Shown: piece by piece, positions 55,370-64,000 of the stretch
Numbering within the stretch: position 1 is the first letter of the stretch
How the letters are laid out: each line of letters begins with the position of its first letter
Notes under the pieces: model-generated
The model's database searches: none
Told to the model about the DNA's origin: nothing
What the model saw: only the letters and a program-made list of their open reading frames with translations
Made by a program: the position numbers and the translations under genes
NCBI GenBank assembly: GCA_040397545.1
Contig: JBBAVV010000007.1
Coordinates: forward strand, 33,202-97,201
Length of the DNA stretch: 64,000 nt
Direction: 5' to 3'
Source of the DNA: Pirellulales bacterium
GTDB taxonomy: Bacteria > Planctomycetota > Planctomycetia > Pirellulales > UBA1268

Positions 55370-56212
55370 TCAAGAGCGCTTCGGAGCGGGGCTGATCCGC
55401 GGCCGGTAGACGCTGCAGCCGACCCCCTCGACGCGGTCGTAGGTGTCGCAGACGCCGAGCATCGTCTCGGCGCCGCCGAGGAACAGTGCTCCGTCGGGGC
55501 GGACGGTCGATCGCATCTTCGCCAGGATCGCGGCGCGGGTCGGGACGTCGAAATAGATGAGGATGTTCCGCAGGAACACCAGGTCGCACGGCGGCACCCC
55601 CTGCCAGGCCTCGAGGAGATTCATCCTCCGGAACTCGACATACCTCCGGCAGTCGTGCCCGATGCTCCACTTCCCCTGGAGCCGGACGAAGTACTTGTCC
55701 CGCAGCTCCACCGGCAGGCCGCGGGTGACCTCGAGATCGCTGTAAAGCCCCTCTCGGGCCCGGGCCAACACCGGCTCGGAGATGTCGGTGGCGAGAATCC
55801 GCACCGACCAGCCGGCAAGCGCCTCGCGGAAGTGCTCGTTCAAGAGTATCGCCAGGCTGTAGGCCTCCTGCCCCGACGACGCGGCCGCCGACCAGACGAC
55901 CAGATGCCTGGCGACAGCGCGACGTTTGAGGAGGTCGGGAAGCAGCCGCTTCACCGTCTCGAACGGCGATCGATCGCGGAAGAACGACGTCTCGTGCGTC
56001 ATCATCGCATTGAGGACGTCCTGCTCGAGCCCGGGATCACGGGCGCTGCGGACGCGCTCGACGAGGCCCTCGAAATCGAGGAGGCCCCGTTGCCGCAGCA
56101 CCGGCAGGAGCCGGGCCTCGACGAGGTAGGCCTTCGATGCGTCGATGACCACGCCGCTGCGCCGCTTGAGAAAGGTCGCCAGGAAGGCGAGCTGCTGGGG
56201 ATTGACCTTCAA
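55370..56212 (-). CDS. cheR: Chemotaxis protein methyltransferase CheR
   Basis: ...FFRDRSPFETVKRLLPDL...LVVWSAAASSGQEAYSLAILLNE...VRILATDISEPVLARAREGLY...DLVFLRNILIYFD.... The start is uncertain. I propose the TTG at 56212 (MKVNPQQLAFL..., with AGGA upstream) because the ORF-track N-terminus overlaps cheB and is junk-like. Confidence 0.8.
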   Translation of the reverse strand: MKVNPQQLAFLATFLKRRSGVVIDASKAYLVEARLLPVLRQRGLLDFEGLVERVRSARDPGLEQDVLNAMMTHETSFFRDRSPFETVKRLLPDLLKRRAVARHLVVWSAAASSGQEAYSLAILLNEHFREALAGWSVRILATDISEPVLARAREGLYSDLEVTRGLPVELRDKYFVRLQGKWSIGHDCRRYVEFRRMNLLEAWQGVPPCDLVFLRNILIYFDVPTRAAILAKMRSTVRPDGALFLGGAETMLGVCDTYDRVEGVGCSVYRPRISPAPKRS

Positions 56213-56255
56213 GGGAGCCGTCCTGTCTGGGATACACCCGACCGTGGAGCAAAGG

Positions 56256-57710
56256 TCAGCCGCGCCGTCGCAACCGCATCCCCACCTCGACGCCGAGCTG
56301 CCGGATGGGGAGGACCGCCTCGGCCAGGCCCGCCCGGGCAACATGCCCAGGCATCCCCCAGACGACGCTCGTGATCTCGTCCTGGGCGAGGATCGTGCCG
56401 CCGGCGGCGTGGATCGCCTCGCTCCCCTTGAGGCCGTCCTTCCCCATCCCGGTGAGGACGACGGCGAGCGTCGCCCCCCCCCACACCGCCGCAGCGCTGC
56501 GGAAGAGAACGTCGGCCGCCGGCCGACAGGCATTTTCGGGGGGGCCGTCGTCGATCTGCACGATCACCTTCGTCCCTCTGCGGACCACCTTGAGATGCCG
56601 GCCGCCGGGGGCGAGGAGGATGTCGCCGGCGCCGAGCTGATGGCCGTCGAGCGCTTCCCGGACCGGCAGGCCGCAGACCTTCGTGAGTTGCTCGGCGAGG
56701 TGGGCGGTGAACACGGCCGGCATGTGCTGGACGATGAGCACCGGCACCCCGGCCGTTTTCACGAACGCGGGGAGGAATTCCGACAGCGCCACCGGCCCGC
56801 CGGTCGACACTCCCACGACCACCACCGCGACAGGGTCGGCACGGGTCCGGGGCGTGGCCCTGGGTTGGAGGGGAGCGGCGCCGCCCCCCGGTGCCGACAC
56901 CTGCCGGCGGAACTGTTTCAGCTTGGGGATCACGTCCTCGCGGATCCGTGCCGCCACCTCCTCGCTGCTGGCCCCCTTCGGCTTGGCGACGTAATCGTTG
57001 GCGCCGGCAACGAGGGCATCGAGCGCCACCTTCGCGCCGCGCTCGGTGAGTGTCGAGAACATCACGACCGGCAAGCGGGGGTAAACACGACGGAGCTCGC
57101 GGAGCATCGTCAGCCCGTCCATGACCGGCATCTCGACGTCGAGGAGGACGACATCGGGGCAGGATTCGGCGACACGGGCGAGCCCCTGGACCCCGTCGGC
57201 CGCAGTCCCCGTCACGCGCAGCTCCGGATCGGCGGAGAGCGTCGTCGAGACGATGCCACGGATCGCCGCCGAATCATCGACGACGAGAATCCGCAACGGC
57301 GCGTGGCCGGGAGCGGCACCGGGGCGGGGAACAGTTCGGGCGCCGACGGCGGCGATGGCCTCGCCGATCGCTGCCGGAGTGAAAGGCTTGGCGACGAAGA
57401 CACCGGCCCCCGCCCGGATCGCCCGGTCGACCACCTCCGGGGCCCTGTCGGACGACATCGCCACGATCGGCAAGCTTTTCCACAGGGCCTGGCCACGGAT
57501 CCGCTCGATGAGGGCAAACCCGTCCATGAGGGGCATGTGGAGATTGACCGTTACCACGTCCGGCCGGCCGCTGCTGGCGAGGATCGCCAGCGCCTCCTCG
57601 CCGTCGGCCGCCTGCTCGCACGCGTACCCGAGGTCGACGAGCATCTTCGCGAGGATGCTCCGCACCGGCTTGGAATCATCGACGATCAGGGCACGCATGG
57701 AATCAGCCAT
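56256..57710 (-). CDS. cheB: REC-REC-CheB: protein-glutamate methylesterase carrying an extra N-terminal CheY-like receiver
   Basis: REC1: MRALIVDDSKPVRSILAKML...VTVNLHMPLMDGFALIERIR...VFVAKPF. REC2: LRILVVDDSAAIRGIVSTTL...VVLLDVEMPVMDGLTMLREL...NDYVAKP. Methylesterase: VVVVGVSTGGPVAL...LIVQHMPAVFT...AVVLTGMGKDG...GGTILAQDE. Confidence 0.85.
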   Translation of the reverse strand: MADSMRALIVDDSKPVRSILAKMLVDLGYACEQAADGEEALAILASSGRPDVVTVNLHMPLMDGFALIERIRGQALWKSLPIVAMSSDRAPEVVDRAIRAGAGVFVAKPFTPAAIGEAIAAVGARTVPRPGAAPGHAPLRILVVDDSAAIRGIVSTTLSADPELRVTGTAADGVQGLARVAESCPDVVLLDVEMPVMDGLTMLRELRRVYPRLPVVMFSTLTERGAKVALDALVAGANDYVAKPKGASSEEVAARIREDVIPKLKQFRRQVSAPGGGAAPLQPRATPRTRADPVAVVVVGVSTGGPVALSEFLPAFVKTAGVPVLIVQHMPAVFTAHLAEQLTKVCGLPVREALDGHQLGAGDILLAPGGRHLKVVRRGTKVIVQIDDGPPENACRPAADVLFRSAAAVWGGATLAVVLTGMGKDGLKGSEAIHAAGGTILAQDEITSVVWGMPGHVARAGLAEAVLPIRQLGVEVGMRLRRRG

Positions 57711-57746
57711 CGGATCAGCGTGGACCGGGGCCCCACGGCCCCGGCG

Positions 57747-59903
57747 TCACTTCTGGTATTCCTCCACGAGCCGCTGCAGGTTCTGGGCCATCCGCGCCAG
57801 TTCCTGGCTCGAGAGCTGGGCGTTGCTCGCCCCCTCGGCGGTATTCTGCGCCGCCTGCGCCACCTGGCCGATGTTCTGGGCGATCTCCGTCGAGCCGATC
57901 GTCGCCTCGCCGATGTTGCGGCTGATCTCGCTGGTGGTGACGCTCTGCTCCTCGACCGCGGCGGCGATCTTCGTCTGCAGCCCGTCGATCTTCTCGATCA
58001 CTGCCACGATCTCACCGATCGCATTGACAGCCTTGGAGGTGTCAGCCTGCATCGCCTCGATCTTCGACCCGATATCCTCGGTGGCCTTGGCGGTCTCGCG
58101 CGCGAGGTCCTTGACCTCGTTGGCGACGACGGCGAAGCCCTTTCCCGCCTCGCCGGCCCGCGCCGCCTCGATCGTGGCATTGAGGGCGAGGAGGTTCGTC
58201 TGCTCGGCGATCGAGGTGATCACCTTCACCACCTGGCCGATCTCCGCGCTCGACGTCCCGAGCTTGTCCATCGTCTTTGACGTCGCCCGCGCCATGTCGA
58301 CCGACTGCCGGGCGACGCCGGCGGCATCCTGGGCGGAGCGGGCAATCTCGTAGATGCTCTGGACGAGGTTCTCGACCGAGCCCGACACCGTCTTCGTGTT
58401 GGCGCTGACCTCCTCGGCGGCCGCAGAGACGAGGTTTGCCTGAGCGGTCGTCTCCTCCGCCGCAGCGCTCATCTGCTGGCTGACGCTCGTCAACTCCTCG
58501 GAGGCGCTGGCGAGGGTGTGGGTGTTGTCCTTGATGCCGTCGACGAGCTTCACCTGGCGGCGCGCTGACCGACTGAACGACGATGCGATTCGCGCCGAGA
58601 GGAGGGCCACGCCGAGTGTCGTCAGGCCGAAGATCCAGCCGGCGAAGCGTTTCAGGGTATCGACCGGGGCCGACACCTCCGCCTGATCGATGTCCGACAC
58701 GATCGCCCACCTCACCGCGTCGTTGCCCGGGCCGTCGGCCGGGTGGACGAGCGCCGGCCCCCAGGAGGAGAGGACCGGCTGCTTGCGGTAATCGATGGCC
58801 GGGCCGGTGCCGCTGCCACCATTCTTGAAGACATCCTCAACCGGCGCGGTGTCGACTTTGTACTTCGTGTTACAGATCGTCGTCTTCACGCCGAGTCGCT
58901 CGAGAAACCGGGAATCGGTGCGGAACAGCTTGTCGGGCCCGATGGCGTAGGTCTCGCCAGTGGCGCCCAGTCCGACGGTCTCGCCGACGACCGTGTTGAT
59001 CCGGTCGAGCGGCAGCTGAAAGGCGAGCACGCCAACCACCTTCCGGCCGTCGAGGATCGGCGCCGCGATGAACCCAGCGGGCTTTTCGTAGGAGGGGAGA
59101 TAGGGGCCGAAAACACTGAAATAGACGACATCCCCGCGCCCGGCGCCGGCTGCCTGGCGGAACACCTTCCCGAGAGCCGTCTCGGCGAAGGCGCCGTTCT
59201 TGAGCGACGTGGCGAAGTCGATCTCCTTGAAAACGGTGTAGACGATCTCGCCGCTTTCGGCATCGATGAGGAAGATGTCGTAGAGCCCGTAGCTCCGCAG
59301 CACCTTACGGAGCCTCGGGTGATGCAGGGCATGGGCCCGACTGTAGGCCGAGGCATCCGTCGCGGCGTCGAGGAGATCCTTCGATCCGGTCGGGTTCGCA
59401 TTGCGCACCAGATAAAGATCCTGGAGCCAGGTCGAAGCGTCGCCGAGAACGGCCGTCAGCCCCTCGGTCTTGATCTCTTTGTCGTTTTCCGCCTTGTAGC
59501 GCGGGGCGAACTCATTGCCATACCACGCGTTGAGATCGCGCCGGGCCTGGAACTGCTCCGGCTCGGTCACGGCGCCGTCCTGGAGGACGGTGCGGAAGCC
59601 CTCGCGGAAATCGGCAAGCGCTTCGCGGGTGGAGGGATCGTCGGCGAGCACGCGGAGATGGTCGTGGAGCCCCGCGAAGTAGCGTTCCACCTGTTTGACG
59701 GTGATCTCGCGGACGACCGTGAGCTTCCCCCGCGCCTCCACATCGAGCGCCTGCGAGGCGCTGCGGTAGGTGGCATAGCCCATCAGGGCCAGGGGCACCA
59801 GCGACACCAGCAGGAGCGCGAGGAGGAGGGGATTGGTGGCGAATGCCACCAGCTCCCGGAGCCACCCGCGCCGGTCATTCCGCACGTCTGCCTGCACGCT
59901 CAT
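57747..59903 (-). CDS. Methyl-accepting chemotaxis protein with a periplasmic double-Cache-like sensor
   Basis: The ATG at 59903 overlaps the cheW stop (ATGA). A transmembrane segment is followed by the sensor (…[30 protein letters not shown]…[24 protein letters not shown]…), a second transmembrane segment, and the MA signalling domain (…[37 protein letters not shown]…). Confidence 0.85.
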   Translation of the reverse strand: MSVQADVRNDRRGWLRELVAFATNPLLLALLLVSLVPLALMGYATYRSASQALDVEARGKLTVVREITVKQVERYFAGLHDHLRVLADDPSTREALADFREGFRTVLQDGAVTEPEQFQARRDLNAWYGNEFAPRYKAENDKEIKTEGLTAVLGDASTWLQDLYLVRNANPTGSKDLLDAATDASAYSRAHALHHPRLRKVLRSYGLYDIFLIDAESGEIVYTVFKEIDFATSLKNGAFAETALGKVFRQAAGAGRGDVVYFSVFGPYLPSYEKPAGFIAAPILDGRKVVGVLAFQLPLDRINTVVGETVGLGATGETYAIGPDKLFRTDSRFLERLGVKTTICNTKYKVDTAPVEDVFKNGGSGTGPAIDYRKQPVLSSWGPALVHPADGPGNDAVRWAIVSDIDQAEVSAPVDTLKRFAGWIFGLTTLGVALLSARIASSFSRSARRQVKLVDGIKDNTHTLASASEELTSVSQQMSAAAEETTAQANLVSAAAEEVSANTKTVSGSVENLVQSIYEIARSAQDAAGVARQSVDMARATSKTMDKLGTSSAEIGQVVKVITSIAEQTNLLALNATIEAARAGEAGKGFAVVANEVKDLARETAKATEDIGSKIEAMQADTSKAVNAIGEIVAVIEKIDGLQTKIAAAVEEQSVTTSEISRNIGEATIGSTEIAQNIGQVAQAAQNTAEGASNAQLSSQELARMAQNLQRLVEEYQK

Positions 59904-60391
59904 CGGATCTTCCTTTCCACGGTCGGTTCCACCAATCCTGCCAGAATCGCCTCGATCCCGAGCAGGTGCACGAGCCCGTCTCGGGCGGCAACCACCCCCT
60001 CGATGCACTCTCCCAGGCTCCCCTCCGCCCCGACCCTCGACGTCTCGATCGATGCCACGGGGATGTCGACGACGTCGGTGAGGGCGTCAACGATGAGGCT
60101 GTGCGTCTCGCCGCCGGCCGTCAGCACGACATGGATCCCCTCGTCGGCGATCGGCTCGAACCCCATCCGGCGGCGGAGGTCGATCGCCGGCACGATCCGG
60201 CCACGGAGGTTGAGGAGCCCGCGGATCGCCGTCGGCCCCCGCGGCACCGGTGTTGTCACCGTCCCGCGAAACACCTCCTGCACGGCGCTGGCATCGACCG
60301 CGAAGGCCCGGCCGGCGACGACGAACGTGCAGAAGCGGCGCGTCTGGGGCGGCTGCTTTCCGGGGTCGATCATCTCCGCGGCGCGCGTCAT
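59900..60391 (-). CDS. cheW: Chemotaxis coupling protein CheW
   Basis: [22 protein letters not shown]...[22 protein letters not shown]. The ATG at 60391 overlaps the cheA stop (ATGA). Confidence 0.85.
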   Translation of the reverse strand: MTRAAEMIDPGKQPPQTRRFCTFVVAGRAFAVDASAVQEVFRGTVTTPVPRGPTAIRGLLNLRGRIVPAIDLRRRMGFEPIADEGIHVVLTAGGETHSLIVDALTDVVDIPVASIETSRVGAEGSLGECIEGVVAARDGLVHLLGIEAILAGLVEPTVERKIR

Positions 60392-62841
60392 GCGGTCACC
60401 CCGGGGGTGGCCGTGGTGGGAGGGGCGCCGGGGAGGGCGTGCCGGACATCGATCACCTCGGTGGCCCGACCGGCCACGGCGATCGTGCCGAGCACGCCAC
60501 GGGCACACAGACCATGGTTGATCGGCGCCTCGGGAGTGACCACCTCGAGGATCCGGCGGACGCGGAGGGCCACCTCGCCGAGCGTCGCCGCAAGGATCAC
60601 GGCGGTCACCGCCGGCGAGTCGACCGGTTGCGGCGTACCGGCGAGGACGGCGTCGATATCGGTGATCGCCGTCAGCCTCCCTTCCCGATGGACCACCATG
60701 TGCCCGGCCGCGAGCTGGAGCCGCTCGCGTGGAAACGTCTCGAGCCGGGCGACCTCCTCCAGCGGCACGGCAACAACGCGCCCCGCCGGAGATTCGCAGA
60801 CGAGGTAGCGCTCGAGTGGGGCTGCGTCGGCGGCGGTCGCCTCCACCGCACGATCCGACGCGGGGCGGGGGGGCACCTTCGCGGCTTGGGCGATGCCGCG
60901 CGGGTCGAGGATCAGCACCACCGCGCCATCGCCGCGGACCGTGGCGCCGGCATAGAGCCCAAGGGCCACGAGCACCGCCACGATCGGCTTGACGACGATG
61001 TCCTCGCTGACGGTGACGCCGTCGACGACGAGGCCGTATTCGACCTCGTCACTCCGCAGAACCACGACCGTGCCCCGCGGCGGCTGGCCAGGGGCGGCCG
61101 CGGCCTCGAGGCCGAGGAGCTCCCCGAGGAACACCAGCGGCAGAAGTCGGCCGCGGAGACGCATCACCGGCGCCCCCTCGAGCCCCTCGACCGACACCGC
61201 CGCGCCATTCGTGCCGGCGCGGAGCGCGATCAGCTCGCGGACGGCCGCCTGGGGGATCGCGAACCGGTGGCTGCCGGAGGAGACGATTAACGCCGGGATG
61301 ATCGCCAGGGTGAGCGGGATCCGCACCCGGACGGTGGTGCCCGTGCCGGGGACGCTCCCGATGTCGACCGCCCCGCCGATCGCCTCGATGTTGGTCCGCA
61401 CGACGTCCATGCCGACGCCACGCCCCGACACATCGGTGACCTTGGCGGCGGTCGAGAACCCCGGCTCGAAGATGTATTGGAGGACGCGTTCATCGGGGAG
61501 GAGCGCGGCCTGTTCGGTACTGATCAGCCCCTTGGCAACCGCCTTCTTCCGCACCGCATCGACAGGGATCCCGCCGCCGTCGTCACGGATCTCGACCATC
61601 ACCTGACCACTCTCGTGGTAGGCCCGCAGCGTCAGCCGGCCGGCCGCCGGCTTTCCCCGGGCCACGCGCACTTCAGGGGGCTCGATGCCATGGTCGACGG
61701 CGTTGCGGACGAGGTGCGTGAGCGGGTCGCGGATCGTCTCGATGAGCGAACGATCAAGCTCGGTGTCGGCTCCGTCGATCTCGAGCGTCACCTCCTTCCC
61801 GCAGGTCACGGCGAGATCGCGGACGATCCGCGGAAACTTGCTGAACACGTGCTCGATCGGCTGCATCCGCGTCTTCATCGCCGCCGCCTGGAGCGACGCG
61901 GTGACCGTGTCGATGCGGTGCACGACCTTGAGGAGCTCGGGGTGATCGTCCCCCCGGGCGGCCGTCGTGTGGCGAACGGTCGACTCGAGCTGGTTGCGGG
62001 CAAGAACGAGCTCGCCGACGAGCTCGACGAGCGTCCCCAGGAGGCCGACGTCGACCCGGATCGATTGCTCGGCCACCGCAGACCGCCTGGTTTGCGGCGC
62101 GGCCGGCGGCTGGGCCGGGATGGGCAACGGGGCGGCGGTGACCGCATCAGGCACGACGACCCGAGTCGTCGAGAGAGGCACTGTGTCAGCCTCCACCTCG
62201 GCGGTCATCGTGAGCGCTGGCACGATGGCAGGCGCGATCGGCGCGGCTGGCGACTCGGGCGTCTCCGCGATGACACGCTCCGCTGCCGCGACGGGCGTCT
62301 CGATCTTCGCGGGCGCCGCGGTTGGAGTGGGCTCCGGGTCGGCCGGCAGACGCTCCTCGATCGGGGCGGGGGGCGGAGGGGCCGGTGGTGCTGCCGGGGT
62401 GGACGGCGGCGTCAGGCGGGTGACGACGACGACGCCGTCCTCCCGACGCTTGGCGGCCTCGAAGGCAACCCGGTCGAGCGACTGGGAGAGATCGTGGAAA
62501 TCGCTCTCCCCCTCTCCGCCGGTCTTCTCGATTCGCTCGAGGATCGAGCGGACGGCGTCGACGAGCGTAAGGAGGACGCCGGTGACGTCGTTGTCGAGAT
62601 CGATCTTTCCGTCCCGCAATTGGCCGAGCAGATGCTCGCCGCTATGCGTGATCGCCCCGAGCTTGGCGAAACCGAAGAATCCCGACGTCCCCTTGATCGT
62701 GTGGACGGTGCGAAAGATGCTCGCCAGCCGCTGGGAATCGCGCGGGTTCTCCTCGAGGGCGACGAGGTCCTGGTCGAGTTGGTCGAGATTCTCGGCCGAC
62801 TCGACGAGGAACTCCCGCACGAATTCTTCGTTGTCGTTCAT
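60388..62841 (-). CDS. cheA: Chemotaxis histidine kinase CheA: Hpt, a long Pro/Ala-rich linker, dimerisation and HATPase domains, and two CheW-like domains
   Basis: Hpt: FRTVHTIKGTSGFFG. An approximately 130-aa P/A/T-rich linker follows. Kinase: HLVRNAVDHGIE...DDGGGI...GRGVGMDVV. After the kinase come two successive CheW-like segments. Start at the ATG at 62841 (MNDNEEFVREFL, with GAAGG upstream). Confidence 0.9.
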   Translation of the reverse strand: MNDNEEFVREFLVESAENLDQLDQDLVALEENPRDSQRLASIFRTVHTIKGTSGFFGFAKLGAITHSGEHLLGQLRDGKIDLDNDVTGVLLTLVDAVRSILERIEKTGGEGESDFHDLSQSLDRVAFEAAKRREDGVVVVTRLTPPSTPAAPPAPPPPAPIEERLPADPEPTPTAAPAKIETPVAAAERVIAETPESPAAPIAPAIVPALTMTAEVEADTVPLSTTRVVVPDAVTAAPLPIPAQPPAAPQTRRSAVAEQSIRVDVGLLGTLVELVGELVLARNQLESTVRHTTAARGDDHPELLKVVHRIDTVTASLQAAAMKTRMQPIEHVFSKFPRIVRDLAVTCGKEVTLEIDGADTELDRSLIETIRDPLTHLVRNAVDHGIEPPEVRVARGKPAAGRLTLRAYHESGQVMVEIRDDGGGIPVDAVRKKAVAKGLISTEQAALLPDERVLQYIFEPGFSTAAKVTDVSGRGVGMDVVRTNIEAIGGAVDIGSVPGTGTTVRVRIPLTLAIIPALIVSSGSHRFAIPQAAVRELIALRAGTNGAAVSVEGLEGAPVMRLRGRLLPLVFLGELLGLEAAAAPGQPPRGTVVVLRSDEVEYGLVVDGVTVSEDIVVKPIVAVLVALGLYAGATVRGDGAVVLILDPRGIAQAAKVPPRPASDRAVEATAADAAPLERYLVCESPAGRVVAVPLEEVARLETFPRERLQLAAGHMVVHREGRLTAITDIDAVLAGTPQPVDSPAVTAVILAATLGEVALRVRRILEVVTPEAPINHGLCARGVLGTIAVAGRATEVIDVRHALPGAPPTTATPGVTA

Positions 62842-62963
62842 GGACCCACCTTCCCGGTGGGGGACCGACGGCACGCCCATCCCCACTCAGATACCATACA
62901 CAGGAGTTTCGGCGGAATGGCCTGCCCGCCGTTTCTCCCCTGACGGTCGCGACGCTCGTACCG

Positions 62964-63584
62964 ATGGCAACGGTTTCCCGCAGGCTCCCGCGGCATCTCC
63001 GCCCACCCATGCCCAGCCTGCCCGCCCCGCTCCGCCACGCCCTCTGCCTCCGTTGCCCCCGGTGCGGGGCCGGCCGCCTGTTCGCCGGGTGGTTCCGGAT
63101 GGAGCCCCGCTGTTCGGCCTGCAGCCTCGATTTCCGCCGCGAACCGGGCTTCTACCTCGGGTCGATCTACATCAATTACGGCGTCACGGCCCTGACGACG
63201 ATCGCCCTCTATGGCTTCCTCGTCCTCGGCGCCGGCTGCTCGGCGGAGCTGGCCCTGGCCGCCTGTCTGGCCGTGTCAGTGACCCTGCCGATGTGGCTCT
63301 TCCACTATGCCCGGGCCTTCCTCCTGGCGATCGACAGCTCCGTCAACAGCGAGCCTTCGTCGGCTCCGGGGGACAGCGGCGCGGGCCTCACCGACGCCCA
63401 ACTCTCCTCCCACCGCACCAATGACGGCCAGGCGGGGTGTGCGATGGGGATCGCGCTGACCCTCGTCCTCGTCTTCGCCCTCCTCATGGCCGCGGTCACG
63501 CTCTGGTTCGTGATCGGCCCCGGTTCACGGGGGGGAGGCTGGGACGACGGCGGGCTTGATGGAGGAGCCGGGGTGATCGGGTAA
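62964..63584 (+). CDS. DUF983-like zinc-ribbon membrane protein
   Basis: CLRCPRCGAGRLFAGWFRMEPRCSACSLDF is a four-Cys ribbon, followed by transmembrane segments. The start could instead be the in-frame ATG at 63009. Confidence 0.6.
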   Translation: MATVSRRLPRHLRPPMPSLPAPLRHALCLRCPRCGAGRLFAGWFRMEPRCSACSLDFRREPGFYLGSIYINYGVTALTTIALYGFLVLGAGCSAELALAACLAVSVTLPMWLFHYARAFLLAIDSSVNSEPSSAPGDSGAGLTDAQLSSHRTNDGQAGCAMGIALTLVLVFALLMAAVTLWFVIGPGSRGGGWDDGGLDGGAGVIG

Positions 63585-63667
63585 ACTGCCGCCAGCCCGG
63601 GGAGGACGTCCGTCGTCGCGGCGATTCGCCGTGGCCCCCTCCGCCGCCGCCCACGAAGGAAACCGTC

Positions 63668-64000
63668 ATGCGCCGCCTGCCGCTGTTGTGCCTCGCGCTC
63701 CTCTTGGCCATCCCCGCGGTTCGCGCTGAGGAGGGGGGCCCGGCCGATCTCCTTCCCACCCTCGGTGCGATCCAGCGGCTCGACCCGCGCTTCGACGGCC
63801 TCGTTCCGAAGGCTGCCGTCATCGAGGTCCTCGCCAGTGGCTTCGAGTGGGCGGAGGGGCCGGTGTGGGTGAAGGGAGACGGTGCCGTCCTGTTCAGCGA
63901 CATCCCCCGCAACCGGGTCAATCGCTGGAAGCAGGGGGAAGGGCTTTCGACCTATCTCGAGCCGGCCGGCTTCACCGGCCCCGGCGCCTATGGCAACGAG
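63668..64000 (+). CDS. SMP-30/gluconolactonase/LRE-family protein, 3'-truncated by the window edge
   Basis: The ATG at 63668 opens a frame that stays open to 64000. The signal peptide is MRRLPLLCLALLLAIPAVRA. Then comes ...VLASGFEWAEGPVWVKGDGAVLFSDIPRNRVNRW, the family's N-terminal blade. It is not in the ORF track because no stop lies in the window. Confidence 0.7.
   Translation, partial: MRRLPLLCLALLLAIPAVRAEEGGPADLLPTLGAIQRLDPRFDGLVPKAAVIEVLASGFEWAEGPVWVKGDGAVLFSDIPRNRVNRWKQGEGLSTYLEPAGFTGPGAYGNE

Noticed and set aside
55179-56533. Long N-terminal extensions of the membrane protein (to 55670) and of cheR (to 56533) given by the ORF track
   Set aside because: The extensions overlap the upstream genes (cheR and cheB respectively) by hundreds of nt. 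They translate to Arg/Pro/Ser-rich junk, whereas the downstream starts have Shine-Dalgarno sites and give canonical protein lengths.

Overview
This is a high-G+C bacterial chromosomal segment. The gene content points to Planctomycetota: a PSCyt1/PSCyt2/PSD1 + DUF1501 pair, a DUF1559 pseudopilin-like protein, a BBP7-like barrel, and giant proteins with an LExLExR-type N-terminal leader. Because of the G+C bias, many long ORFs in the supplied track are antisense 'shadow' ORFs. Two real genes truncated by the window edges are missing from the track: a >=4413-codon minus-strand gene at 1..13241 and a gluconolactonase-like gene at 63668..64000.

Layout, left to right:
- 1-25.4 kb: a divergent locus with a giant dual-metalloprotease/FN3 protein (-), an outer-membrane barrel (+) and a 3233-aa beta-strand-repeat protein (+).
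- 25.5-32.1 kb: minus-strand cluster of bicupin, ThuA-like, DUF1501 and PSCyt/PSD1 genes.
- 32.3-35.1 kb: a visibly lower-G+C islet with an orphan secreted protein and a helical-repeat partner, then a 25-nt poly-C tract and a vapBC module.
- 35.1-42.8 kb: hydrolase, hflKC, a secreted protein, a GYF-domain membrane protein and a membrane-fused spermidine-synthase-like protein. The last two carry perfect in-frame 18-bp tandem repeats.
- 42.9-43.3 kb: a tRNA(CAU) gene split in its anticodon loop by a ~308-nt group I (Azoarcus-like) intron, followed by two tandem SET-domain genes.
- 44.2-50.8 kb: PQQ-propeller, GNAT, glmS, ATP-grasp and DUF1559 genes.
- 51.0-53.3 kb: a STAS-STAS-(REC-PP2C) partner-switching module.
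- 53.4-62.8 kb: lying tail-to-tail with that module, a minus-strand chemosensory operon cheA-cheW-mcp-(REC-REC-cheB)-cheR-polytopic membrane protein, with no stand-alone cheY.
- 63.0-64.0 kb: DUF983 and a partial SMP-30/gluconolactonase gene.

I recognised no rRNA, CRISPR array, transposase or integrase. All domain calls come from reading translations by eye and need HMM or structure confirmation.
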